Positions 13,978 through 25,600 of a DNA stretch of 64,000 nt are shown here, piece after piece. The translations under genes and the position numbers were made by a program. The first letter of the stretch is position 1. Each line of letters begins with the position of its first letter. The notes under the pieces are model-generated. The model saw only the letters and a list, made by a program, of their open reading frames with translations, had not been told where the DNA came from and did no database searches. The stretch covers positions 1,984,001-2,048,000 of the forward strand of contig JBNRSN020000129.1 of the NCBI GenBank assembly GCA_051313645.2, in the 5' to 3' direction. This DNA is from Centroscyllium fabricii (lineage: Eukaryota).

Positions 13978-16900
13978 TATAGGTGTGAACACTGTGTGTA
14001 GGGGTGAGCAGTGTGTGTATAGGTGTGAACACTGTGTGTAGGTGTGAGCAGTGTGTGTATAGGTGTGAACACTGTAGGTGTGAGCAGTGTGTGTGTATAG
14101 GTGTGAACACTGTGTAGATGTGAGCAGTGTGTGTGTATAGGTGTGAACACTGTGTGTAGGTATGAGCAGTGTGTGTGTATAGGTGTGAACACTGTGCAGG
14201 TGTGAGCAGTGTGTGTGTATAGGTGTGAACACTGTGTGTAGGTGTGAGCAGTGTGTATAGGTGTGAATTCTGTGTAGGTGTGAGCAGTGTGTGTGTATAG
14301 GTGTGAACACTGTGTAGGTGTGAGCAGTGTGTGTGTATAGGTGTAAACACTGTGTGTAGGTGTGAGCAGTGTGTGTATAGGTGTGAACACTAGGTGTGAG
14401 CAGTGTGTGTATAGGTGTGAACACTGTGTGTAGGTGTTAGCAGTGTGTGTATAGGTGTGAACACTGTAGGTGTGAGCATAGGTGTGAACACTGTGTAGGT
14501 GTGTATAGGTGTGAACACTGTGTGTAGGTGTGAGCAGTGTGTGTATAGGTGTGAACACTGTGTATGTGTGAGCAGTGTGTGTATAGGTGTGAACACTGTG
14601 TAAGTATGAGCAGTGTGTGTATAGGTGTGAACACTGTGTGTAGGTGTGAGCAGTGTGTGTATAGGTGAGAACACTGTGTGTAGGTGTGTGTATAGGTGCG
14701 AACACTGTGTGTAGGTGTGAGCAGTGGGTGTATAGGTGTGAACACTGTGTATAGGTGTGAGCAGTGTGTGTATAGGTGTGAACACTGTGTGTAGGTGTGT
14801 GTATAGGGGTGAACACTGTGTGTAGGTGTGATCAGTGTGTGTATAGGTGTGAACACTGTGTATAGGTGTGAGCAGTGTGTGTATAGGTGTGAACACTGTG
14901 TGTAGGTGTGAGCAGTGTGTATAGTTGTGAACACTGTGTGTAGGTGTGAGCAGTGTGTGTATAGATGTGAACACTGTGTAGGTGTGAGCAGTGTTTATAG
15001 GTGTGAACACTGTGTGTAGGTGAGCAGTGTGTGTGTATAGGTGTGAACACTGTGTAGGTGCGAGCAGTGTGTGTGTATAGGTGTGAACGCTGTGTAGGTG
15101 TGAGCAGTGTGTATAGGTGTGAACACTGTGTGTAAGTGTGAGCAGTGTGTATTGGTGTGAAAAGTGTGTGTAGGTGAGCAGTGTGTGTGTATAGGTGTGA
15201 ACACTGTGTAGGTGTGAGCAGTGTCTATAGGTGTGAACACTGTGTAGGTGTGAGCAGTGTGTGTAGGTGTGAGCAGTGTGTATAGGTGTGAGCAGTGTGT
15301 ATAGGTGTGAACACTGTGTGTAGGTGTGAGTAGTGTGTGTATATAGGTGTGAACAGTGTGTAGGTGTGAGCAGTGTGTGTGTATAGGTGTGAGCACTGTG
15401 TAGGTGTGAGCAGTGTGTGTGTATAGGTGTGAACACTGTGTGTAGGTGTGAGCAGTGTGTATAGGTGTGAACAATGTGTGTAGGTGTGAGCAGTGTGTGT
15501 ATATAGGTGTGAACAGTGTGTAGGTGTGAGCAGTGTGTGTATATAGGTGTGAACACTGTGTAGGTGTGAGCAGTGCGTGTGTATAGGTGTGAACACTGTT
15601 TAGGTATGAGCAGTGTGTGTGTATAGGTGTGAACACTGTGTGTAGGTGTGAGCAATGTGTGTGTATATGTGAACACTGTGTATGTGTGAGCAGTGTGTGT
15701 ATAGCTGTGAACACCGTGTGTAGGTGTGAGCAGTGTGTGTGTGTATGTGAACACTGTGTATGTGTGAGCAGTGTGTGTATAGCTGTGAACACCGTGTGTA
15801 GGTGTGAGCAGTGTGTGTATAGGTGTGAACACTGTGTGTAGATGTGAGCAGTGTGTGTGTATAGGCATGAACAGTGAGCAGGTGTGAGCACTGTGTGTAT
15901 AGGTGTGAACATTGTGTGTAGGTGTGAGCAGTGTGTGTGTATAGGTGTGAACACTGTAGGTGTGAGCAGTGTGTATAGGTGTGAACACTGCATGTAGGTG
16001 TGAGCAGTGTGTGTATATAGGTGTGAACACTGTATAGATGTGAGCAGTGTGTGTGTATAGGTGTGAACACTGTGTAGGTGTGAGCAGTGTGTGTATAGGT
16101 GTGAACACTGTGTGTACGTGTGAGCAGTGTGTGTGTATAGGTGTGAACACTGTGTGTAGGTGTGAGCAGTGTGTGTGTATAGGTATGAACACTGTGTAGG
16201 TGTGAGCACTGTGTGTGTATAGGTGTGAACACTGTAGGTGTGAGCAGTGTGTGTGTATAGGTGTGAACACTGTGTAGGTGTGAGCAGTGTGTGTGTATAG
16301 GTGTGAACACTGTGTGTAGGTGTGAGCAGTGTGTGTATATAGGTGTGAACACTGTGTAGGTGAGAGCAGTGTGTGTGTATAGGTGTGAACACTGTGTAGG
16401 TGTGAGCAGTGTGTGTGCATAGGTGTGAACACTGTGTGTAGGTGTGGGCAGTGTGTGTAGGTGTGAGCAGTGTGTATAGGTATGAACACTGTGTGTAGGT
16501 GTGAGCTGTGTGTGTGTATAGGTGTGGACACTGTGTAGGTGTGAGCAGTGTGTGTGTATAGGTGTGAACACTGTGTGTAGGTGTGAACACTGTGTAGGTA
16601 TGAGCAGTGTGTGTATAGGTGTGAACACTGTGTGTATGTGTGAGCAGTGTGTGTATAGGTGTGAACACTGTGTGTAGGTGTGAGCAGTGTGTGTATAGGT
16701 GTGAACACTGTGTAGGTGTGAGTAGTGTGTGTGCATAGGTGTGAACACTGTGTGTAGGTGTGCGCAGTGTGTGTCTGTATAGGTGTGAACACTGTGTGTA
16801 GGTGTGAGCAGTGTGTGTGTATAGTTGTGGACACTGTGTGTAGGTGTGAAACTGTGTAGGTATGAGCAGTGTGTGTATAGGTGTGAACACTGTGTGTAGG

Positions 16901-19765
16901 TGTGAGCAGTGTGTGTATAGGTGTGAACACTGTGTGTAGGTGTGAGCAGTGTGTGTATAGGTGTGAACACTGTAGGTGTGAGCAGTGTGTGTGTATAGGT
17001 GTGAACACTGTGTGTAGGTGTGAACACTGTGTAGGTATGAGCAGTGTGTGTATAGGTGTGAACACTGTGTGTAGGTGTGAGCAGTGTGTGTATAGGTGTG
17101 AACACTGTGTGTAGGTGTGAGCAGTGTGTGTATAGGTGTGAACACTGTAGGTGTGAGCAGTGTGTGTGTATAGGTGTGAACACTGTGTAGGTGTGAGCAG
17201 TGTGTGTGCATAGGTGTGAACACTGTGTGTAGGTGTGCACAGTGTGTGTCTGTATAGGTGTGAACACTGTGTGTAGGTGTGAGCAGTGTGTGTGTATAGG
17301 TGTGGACACTGTGTGTAGTTGTGAACACTGTGTAGGTATGAGCAGTGTGTGTATAGGTGTGAACACTGTGTGTAGGTGTGAGCAGTGTGTGTATAGGTGT
17401 GAACACTGTGTGTAGGTGTGAGCAGTGTGTGTGTATAGGTGTGAACACTGTGTGTAGGTGTGAACACTGTGTAGGTATGAGCAGTATGTGTATAGGTGTG
17501 AACACTGTGTGTAGGTGTGAGCAGTGTGTGTATAGGTGTGAACACTGTGTGTAGGTGTGAGCAGTGTGTGTATAGGTGTGAACACTGTAGGTGTGAGCAG
17601 TGTGTGTGTATAGGTGTGAACACTGTGTAGGTGTGAGCAGTGTGTGTGTGTATAGGTGTGAACACTGTGTGTAGGTATGAGCAGTGTGTGTGTATAGGTG
17701 TGAACACTGTGCAGGTGTGAGCAGTGTGTGTGTATAGGTGTGAACACTGTGTGTAGGTGTGAGCCATGTGTATAGGTATGAACACTGTGTAGGTGTGAGC
17801 AGTGTGTGTGTATAGGTGTGAACACTGTGTAGGTGTGAGCAGTGTGTGTGTATAGGTGTAAACACTGTGTGTAGGTGTGAGCAGTGTGTGTATAGGTGTG
17901 AACACTAGGTGTGAGCAGTGTGTGTATAGGTGTGAACACTGTGTGTAGGTGTGAGCAGTGTGTGTATAGGTGTGAACACTGTAGGTGTGAGCATAGGTGT
18001 GAACACTGTGTAGGTGTGTATAGGTGTGAACACTGTGTGTAGGTGTGAGCAGTGTGTGTATAGGTGTGAACACTGTGTAAGTCTGAGCAGTGTGTCTATA
18101 GGTGTGAACACTGTGTGTAGGTGTGAGCAGTGTGTGTATAGGTGTGAACACTGTGTGTAGGTGTGAGCAGTGTCTTTATAGGTGTGGACACGGTGTGTAG
18201 GTGTGAGCAGAGTGTGTACAGGTGTGAACACTGTGTGTAGGTGTGAGCACTGTGTGTATAGGTGTGAACACTGTGTGTAGGTGTGAGCAGTGTGTGTATA
18301 GGTGTGAACACTGTGTGAGCAGTGTGTGTATAGGTGTGAACACTGTGTATAGGTGTGAGCAGTGTGTGTATAGGTGTGAGCACTGTGTAGGTGTGAGCAG
18401 TGTGTATAGGTGTGAACACTGTGTGTAGGTGTGAGCAGTGTGTATAGGTGTGAACAGTGTGTGTAGGTGTGAGCAGTGTGTGTGTATAGGTGTGAACACT
18501 GTGTAGGTGTAAGCAGTGTGTATAGGTCTGAACACTGTGTGTAGGTGTGAGCAGTGTGTATAGGTGTGAACACTGTGTGTATGGGGTGAGCAGTGTGTGT
18601 GTAGGTGTGAACACTGTGTAGGTGTGAGCAGTGTGTGTATAGGTGTGAACACTGTGTGTAGGTGTGAGCAGCGTGTGTATATAGGTGTGAACACTGTGTA
18701 GGTGTGAGCAGTCTGTGTGTATAGGTGTGAACACTGTGTAAGTGTGAGCAGTGTGTGTGTATAGGTGTGAACACTGTGTAGGTGCGAGCAGTGTGTGTGT
18801 ATAGGTGTGAATGCTGTGTTGGTGTGAGCAGTGTGTATAGGTCTGAACACTGTGTGTAGGTGTGAACACTGTGTAGGTATGAGCAGTGTGTGAATAGGTG
18901 TGAACACTGTGTGTAGGTGTGAGCAGTGTGTGTATAGGTGTGAACACTGTGTGTAGGTGTGAGCAGTGTGTGTATAGGTGTGAACACTGTAGGTGTGAGC
19001 AGTGTGTGTGTATAGGTGTGAACACTGTGTAGGTGTGAGCAGTGTGTGTGCATAGGTGTGAACACTGTGTGTAGGTGTGCGCAGTGTGTGTCTGTATTGG
19101 TCTGAAGACTGTGTGTAGGTGTGAGCAGTGTGTGTGTATAGGTGTGAACACTGTGTAGGTGTGAGCAGTCTGTGTGTATAGGTGTGAACACACTGTAGGT
19201 GTGAGCAGTGTCTGTGTATAGGTGTGAACACTGTGTAGGTGCGAGCAGTGTGTGTGTATAGGTGTGAACACTGTGTAGGTGTGAGCAGTATGTATAGGTG
19301 TGAACACTGTGTGTAGGTGTGAGCAGTGTGTATAGGTGTGAACAGTGTGTGTAGGTGAGCAGTGTGTGTGTATAGGTGTGAACACTGTGTAGGTGTGAGC
19401 AGTGTCTATAGGTGTGAACACTGTGTAGGTGTGAGCAGTGTGTGTAGGTGTGAGCAGTGTGTATAGGTGTGAGCAGTGTGTATAGGTGTGAACACTGTGT
19501 GTAGGTGTGAGTAGTGTGTGTATATAGGTGTGAACAGTGTGTAGGTGTGAGCAGTGTGTGTATAGGTGTGAACACTGTGTAGTTGTGAGCAGTGTGTGTG
19601 TATAGGTGTGAACACTGTGTGTAGGTGTGAGCAGTGTGTATAGGTGTGAACACTGTGTGTAGGTGTGAGCAGTGTGTGTATATAGGTGTGAACAGTGTGT
19701 AGGTGTGAGCAGTGTGTGTATATAGGTGTGAACACTGTGTAGGTGTGAGCAGTGTGTGTGTATAT
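1..19765 (+). repeat. TG-rich satellite array, left domain (~40 bp A/B heterodimer: TAGGTGTGAGCAG(TG)nTA + TAGGTGTGAACAC(TG)n)
   Basis: Continuous head-to-tail repeats from base 1 to the LINE junction; length variation comes mostly in 2-bp TG steps; characteristic variants include AGGCATGAAC, TGCGCAG and ACCGTG. Confidence 0.98.
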
Positions 19766-19767
19766 AC

Positions 19768-22395
19768 AGCTCTGAAAGATACATAAAAGCAAGTAGCAGT
19801 CAATCGATTCAGTTGCTCCTGGGCACCTTTCTAGAAAACACATACACCCACAATAAAGAAGGCGTAAACCTGGCAGTGAACAACATTAACAATATTTTTG
19901 ATAAATTGGCATCAATGTCAGACCTGAAACCCTCTTCCCAGAATAAGCCCTCCCAGAATAAGCCCAAGACGAGAAAACACGAAAAATGGTTTGATACGGA
20001 CTGTCATAACATGAGGAAAAAACTCAGAAAGATATCAAACCAAAAACATAGACAACCAACGAATGAGGAACTTCGCATTGCCTATTGTCAGGCACTAACA
20101 CAATATAAACACACACTCAGAACGAAGAAAGAACAGTATACTAAGAAAAAACTTAGTGACATTGAAGAATCTATTGATTCCAATAGTTTCTGGGAAAACT
20201 GGAACGCACTACACAAAAAGCAACAAGACGAACTGCCCATTCAAAATGGTGAAATATGGGAAAAACATTTTGTCCAATTGTACCAGAAACACACACTAAG
20301 CCCAGAGCAAGAACAATTATGTAAAAAATTGCACGACCTCGAAATGATCATAAAGGATTACCAAAACCCCCTAGACTCCTTAATCACTGAAAGAGAGCTA
20401 GCCGAAAAACTTAGGGACCTGCGACCAAGAAAAGCAGGTGGCGCAGACGGCATACTAAACGAGATGCTAAAACACACAGATGATAAAATGAAACGGGCTA
20501 TCCTACAACTCTTCAACCTGGTTCTAAGTGCCGGCTACTTCCCTGAAGTCTGGAACAAAGGACTCATAACACCCATATTTAAAAGTGGAGACAAACTTGA
20601 CCCAAACAATTACAGAGGCATCTGTGTGAGCAGCAACCTGGGGAAGGTTTTCTGTAGTATCATTAACAAAAGACTCACAAGCTTTCTCACGGAGCACAAT
20701 GTCCTGAGTAACAGCCAAATTGGATTCCTACCAAACTATAGAACCTCTGACCATATTTTCACCCTCCACACCCTAATAGACAAACACGTCCACCAAAATA
20801 AAAGCAAAATTTTTGCCTGCTTTATAGATTTCCAAAAGGCTTTCGACTCTATTTGGCACGATGGTCTATTCCTAAAACTCATCGAAGGAGGGATAGGGGG
20901 AAAAACGTATGACGTAATTAAATCAATGTACACAGGAAACAAATGTGCAGTTAAAATCGGAGATAAACAAACAAAATACTTCCCACAGAGACGTGGCGTG
21001 GCACAGGGCTCCTCTATCTCACCAACTCTTTTTAACATCTATATAAATGAACTGGCAAAAACACTGGAACAATCTACAGCACCGGGCCTCGACCTACATG
21101 ACTCCGAGGTCAAATTCCTCCTGTATGCAGATGATCTAGTCCTACTGTCACCGACAGAGGAGGGTCTACAACAGAACCTCGATCGGTTAGAGTCATTCTG
21201 CCAGAATTGGGCATTGAAAATAAACCCCAAAAAATCCAAGGTTCTTGTATTCCAGCAAAGAACCAAACATCAGGGAACCAAAACAAACTACACACTAGGA
21301 GCAACACTAATTGAACAAACTACAAACTACACATACTTAGGGTTAAAAATCAGCTCCACGGGAAATTTTCACTTGGCCGTGAACGAACTGAAAGAGAAAG
21401 CGAGAAGGGCATTCTATGCCATTAAGAAGACAATCCAAATAGACATTCCACCGGGCATCTGGATCAAAATCTTTAACTCTGTAATTGAACCAATTGCACT
21501 TTATGGCAGCGAGGTGTGGGGTCTGCTATCACACCAAGATTTTGCAAAATGGGACAAACACCCAATTGAGACCCTGCATGCTGAGTTCTGTAAGAGTATC
21601 CTTCGGACTCAGAGGAAAACCACAAACAATGCATGCAGGGCAGAGTTAGGCCAATATCCACTACTATTTAAAATCCAAAAAAGAGCAATCAAATTCTGGA
21701 AACACCTAAAACTGAGCAACCCTCACAGTTACCACTACAAAGCCCTGAAATGCCAAGAAGCGAACATAAAAAGAAGTCCCATCAACCAACTAGTCCTAGG
21801 ACTTAGCGAAGTTACTAATAACACTACTGTTAACAACCAACTTAGCGGAAAAACCACTAACACTATTGGTAACAACCAGCCCCTGGACAGTGACGCCCTA
21901 GCACTCAGAATCCGACCCAACACAATTATTACTCAACAAAAAGAAAAATACCTGAACTACTGGACAGAAACGACAAAAACCCAAATCAAACTAGATTGCT
22001 ACTTGGCCCTAAACAGACAGTACACCATGGCGGACTACCTGTCCATGGTGAAAGATAGAAAACTGAGAAAAACGCTGACAATGTACAGACTTTGCGAGCA
22101 CAGCCTAGCCATCGAAAAAGGCAGACACAGAAAGACTTGGCTGCCCAGAGAGGAAAGGCTGTGCTCCCACTGCAGTCAGGGAGTGGTGGAGACAGAGCTG
22201 CACTTCCTCACAACCTGCGAAAACTATCAGGGAATAAGGGGAAATTTCTTCCCAAAATTCGCAACAGCATGCCCTGAATTCAAAAATTTGACCGACCACC
22301 AGAAACTCCCATACCTACTAGGGGAACAGAAGGAATGTATAAAACTTGCGGCAAACTACGTCACAGCTTGCCATAAGCCGAGGGACAACCAGTGA
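19768..22395 (+). CDS. LINE ORF2 fragment: linker + reverse transcriptase + C-terminal CCHC zinc knuckle; endonuclease lost by 5' truncation
   Basis: Motifs KAGGADG, PIFKSG..DPNNYRGI, QIGF, FIDFQKAFDSI, GVAQGSSISPTLFNIYI, LLYADD (YADD at 21124-21135), YTYLG and CX2CX9HX4C (22162-22218). The ORF-track start at 19756 is a GTG in satellite DNA, not a real start. Confidence 0.93.
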   Translation, partial: SSERYIKASSSQSIQLLLGTFLENTYTHNKEGVNLAVNNINNIFDKLASMSDLKPSSQNKPSQNKPKTRKHEKWFDTDCHNMRKKLRKISNQKHRQPTNEELRIAYCQALTQYKHTLRTKKEQYTKKKLSDIEESIDSNSFWENWNALHKKQQDELPIQNGEIWEKHFVQLYQKHTLSPEQEQLCKKLHDLEMIIKDYQNPLDSLITERELAEKLRDLRPRKAGGADGILNEMLKHTDDKMKRAILQLFNLVLSAGYFPEVWNKGLITPIFKSGDKLDPNNYRGICVSSNLGKVFCSIINKRLTSFLTEHNVLSNSQIGFLPNYRTSDHIFTLHTLIDKHVHQNKSKIFACFIDFQKAFDSIWHDGLFLKLIEGGIGGKTYDVIKSMYTGNKCAVKIGDKQTKYFPQRRGVAQGSSISPTLFNIYINELAKTLEQSTAPGLDLHDSEVKFLLYADDLVLLSPTEEGLQQNLDRLESFCQNWALKINPKKSKVLVFQQRTKHQGTKTNYTLGATLIEQTTNYTYLGLKISSTGNFHLAVNELKEKARRAFYAIKKTIQIDIPPGIWIKIFNSVIEPIALYGSEVWGLLSHQDFAKWDKHPIETLHAEFCKSILRTQRKTTNNACRAELGQYPLLFKIQKRAIKFWKHLKLSNPHSYHYKALKCQEANIKRSPINQLVLGLSEVTNNTTVNNQLSGKTTNTIGNNQPLDSDALALRIRPNTIITQQKEKYLNYWTETTKTQIKLDCYLALNRQYTMADYLSMVKDRKLRKTLTMYRLCEHSLAIEKGRHRKTWLPREERLCSHCSQGVVETELHFLTTCENYQGIRGNFFPKFATACPEFKNLTDHQKLPYLLGEQKECIKLAANYVTACHKPRDNQ

Positions 22396-22611
22396 ACATT
22401 GACATTGAAGCTAGGATGAGCATACAAGCTCTATATGCGGGTATAAATGTACATGTGTACGTAACTAATGTACGGGTGTCAATAATTCTACTAATGTATT
22501 ATTCTATGTAGTACGTCTACGAATGTATTATTCTTATGTATGTTAACCTAAGTCCAGTTAAATGTTATACTTATTTTGTTTGTATTGTTATTGATGTACC
22601 ATTTTTGTAAT

Positions 22612-22652
22612 GCTTTGGCAACAACGGTTGATACCATTCATGCCAATAAAGC
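22612..22652 (+). promoter_or_regulatory. Putative LINE 3' recognition stem-loop overlapping the AATAAA signal (copy 1)
   Basis: GCTTTGGCA (22612-22620) can pair with TGCCA-ATA-AAGC (22641-22652) with a 3-nt bulge; inner GGT-TGAT-ACC hairpin. It lies just before the tail and is identical in copy 2. Confidence 0.6.
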
Positions 22653-22656
22653 TATT

Positions 22657-22680
22657 TGAAAGTGAAAGTGAAAGTGAAAG
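22657..22680 (+). repeat. (TGAAAG)4 3' terminal tandem-repeat tail of LINE copy 1
   Basis: Read directly: tgaaagtgaaagtgaaagtgaaag, with no poly(A). Confidence 0.95.
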
Positions 22681-25600
22681 TATAGGTGTGAACACTGTGT
22701 GTAGGTGTGAGCAGTGTGTGTGTATAGGTGTGAACACTGTGTGAATAGGTGTGAGCAGTGTGTGTGTATAGGTGTGAACACTGTGTGTAGGTGTGAACGC
22801 TGTGTGTAGGTGTGAGCAGTGTGTGTATAGGTGTGAACACTGTGTGTAGGTGTGAACGCTGTGTGTAGGTGTGAGCAGTGTGTGTATAGGTGTAAACACT
22901 GTGTGTAGGTGTGAGCAGTGTGTGTATAGGTGTGAACACTGTGTAGGTGTGAGCAGTGTGTGTGTATAGGTGTGAACACTGTGTGTAGGTATGAGCAGTG
23001 TGTGTGTGTATAGGTGTGAACACTGTGTAGGTGTGAGCAGTGTGTGTATAGGTGTGAACACTGTGTGTAGGTGTGAGCAGTGTGTGTGTATAGGTGTGAA
23101 CACTGTGTAGGTGTGAGCAGTGTGTGTGTATAGGTGTGAACACTGTGTAGGTGTGAGCAGTGTGTGTGTATAGGTGTGAACACTGTGTAGGTGTGAGCAG
23201 TGTGTGTGTATAGGTGTGAACACTGTGTGTAGGTGTGAGCAGTGTGTTTGTATAGGTGTGAACACTGTGTGTAGGTGTGAGCAGTGTGTGTGTATAGGTG
23301 TGAACAGTGTGTAGGTGTGAGCAGTGTGTTTGTATAGGTGTGGACACTGTGTAGGTGTGAGCAGTGTGTCTGTATAGGTGTGGGCACTGTGTAGGTGTGA
23401 GCAGTGTGTGTATAGGTGTGAACACTGTTTGTAGGTGTGAACACTGTGTGTAGGTGTGAGCAGTGTGTGTATAGGTGTGAACACTGTGTTGGTGTGAGCA
23501 GTGTGTGTATAGGTGTGAACACTGTGTGTAGATGTGAGCAGCGTGTATAGGTGTGAACACTGTGTGTAGGTGTGGGCAGTGTGTATAGGTGTGAACACTG
23601 TGTGTAGGTGTGTGTATCGGTGTGAACACTGTGTGTAGGTGTGAGCAGTGTGTGTATAGGTGTGAACACTGTGTATAGGTGTGAGCAGTGTGTGTATAGG
23701 TGTGAACACTGTGTGTAGGTGTGTGTATAGGTGTGAACACTGTGTGTAGGTGTGATCAGTGTGTGTATAGGTGTGAACACTGTGTATAGGTGTGAGCAGT
23801 GTGTTTATAGGTGTGGACACAGTGTGTAGGTGTGAGCAGTGTGTGTATAGGTGTGAACACTGTGTGTAGGTGTGAACACTGTGTGTAGGTGTGGGCAGCG
23901 TGTATAGGTGTGAACACTGTGTGTAGGTGTGGGCAGCGTGTATAGGTGTGAACACTGTGTGTAGGTGTGTGTATAGGTGTGAACACTGTGTGTAGGTGTG
24001 AGCAGTGGGTGTATAGGTGTGAACACTGTGTATAGGTTTGAGCAGTGTGTGTATAGGTGTGAACACTGTGTGTCGGTGTGTGTATAGGTGTGAACACTGT
24101 GTGTAGGTGTGATCAGTGTGTGTATAGGTGTGAACACTGTGTATAGGTGTGAGCAGTGTGTGTATAGGTGTGAACACTGTGTGTAGGTGTGAGCAGTGTG
24201 TATAGGTGTGAACACTGTGTGTAGGTGTGAGCAGTGTGTGTATAGATGTGAACACTGTGTATGTGTGAGCAGTGTGTATAGGTGTGAACACTGTGTGTAG
24301 TTGAGCAGTGTGTGTGTATAGGTGTGAACACTGTGTAGGTGCGAGCAGTGTGTGTGTATAGGTGTGAACGCTGTGTAGGTGTGAGCAGTGTGTATAGGTG
24401 TGAACACTGTGTGTAGGTGTGAGCAGTGTGTATAGGTGTGAACAGTGTGTGTAGGTGAGCAGTGTGTGTGTATAGGTGTGAACACTGTGTAGGTGTGAGC
24501 AGTGTCTATAGGTGTGAACACTGTGTAGGTGTGAGCAGTGTGTGTAGGTGTGAGCAGTGTGTATAGGTGTGAGCAGTGTGTATAGGTGTGAACACTGTGT
24601 GTAGGTGTGAGTAGTGTGTGTATATAGGTGTGAACAGTGTGTAGGTGTGAGCAGTGTGTGTGTATAGGTGTGAACACTGTGTAGGTGTGAGCAGTGTGTG
24701 TGTATAGGTGTGAACACTGTGTGTAGGTGTGAGCAGTGTTTATAGGTGTGAACACTGTGTGTAGGTGTGAGCAGTGTGTGTATATAGGTGTGAACACTGT
24801 GTGTAGGTGTGAACACTGTGTGTAGGTGTGAGCAGTGTGTGTGTATAGGTGTGAACACTGTGTGTAGGTGTGAACACTGTGTGTAGGTGTGAGCAGTGTG
24901 TGTGTATAGGTGTGAACACTGTGTGTAGGTGTGAGCAGTGTGTGTGTATAGGTGTGAACACTGTGTGAATAGGTGTGAGCAGTGTGTGTGTATAGGTGTG
25001 AACACTGTGTGTAGGTGTGAACACTGTGTGTAGGTGTGAGCAGTGTGTGTATAGGTGTGAACACTGTGTGTAGGTGTGAACAGTGTGTGTATAAGTGTGA
25101 ACACTGTGTAGGTGTGAGCAGTGTGTGTGTATAGGTGTGAACACTGTGTGTAGGTATGAGCAGTGTGTGTGTGTATAGGTGTGAACACTGTGTAGGTGTG
25201 AGCAGTGTGTGTATAGGTGTGAACACTGTGTGTAGGTGTGAGCAGTGTGTGTGTATAGGTGTGAACACTGTGTAGGTGTGAGCACTGTGTGTGTATAGGT
25301 GTGAACACTGTGTAGGTGTGAGCAGTGTGTGTGTATAGGTGTGAACACTGTGTAGGTGTGAGCAGTGTGTGTGTATAGGTGTGAACAGTGTGTAGGTGTG
25401 AGCAGTGTGTTTGTATAGGTGTGAACACTGTGTGTAGGTGTGAGCAGTGTGTGTGTATAGGTGTGAACAGTGTGTAGGTGTGAGCAGTGTGTTTGTATAG
25501 GTGTGGACACTGTGTAGGTGTGAGCAGTGTGTGTGTATAGGTGTGGACACTGTGTAGGTATGAGCAGTGTGTGTGAATAGGTGTGAGCAGTGTGTGTGTA

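Larger units (their letters stand above)
19766..22680 (+). mobile_element. 5'-truncated non-LTR retrotransposon (LINE), copy 1, APE-RT type, probably RTEX clade
   Basis: Uninterrupted ORF2 fragment with RT motifs, ~260 bp AT-rich 3' UTR, AATAAA at 22645-22650 and (TGAAAG)4 tail at 22657-22680. Flanked by a (G)TATA duplication. Collinear with copy 2 at offset 17760. Clade is inferred from the C-terminal motif and 3' end, not from a search. Confidence 0.95.

Noticed and set aside
19756-19767. Satellite GTG codons in frame with ORF2 (19756 and 37315) as genuine fusion starts
   Set aside because: GTG occurs in almost every frame of a (GT)n run, so an in-frame GTG is expected by chance.
20524-22299. 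Small antisense or alternate-frame ORFs within the LINEs (also 38263-40059)
   Set aside because: They are short shadows of ORF2 with no recognisable motifs, repeated only because the element is repeated.
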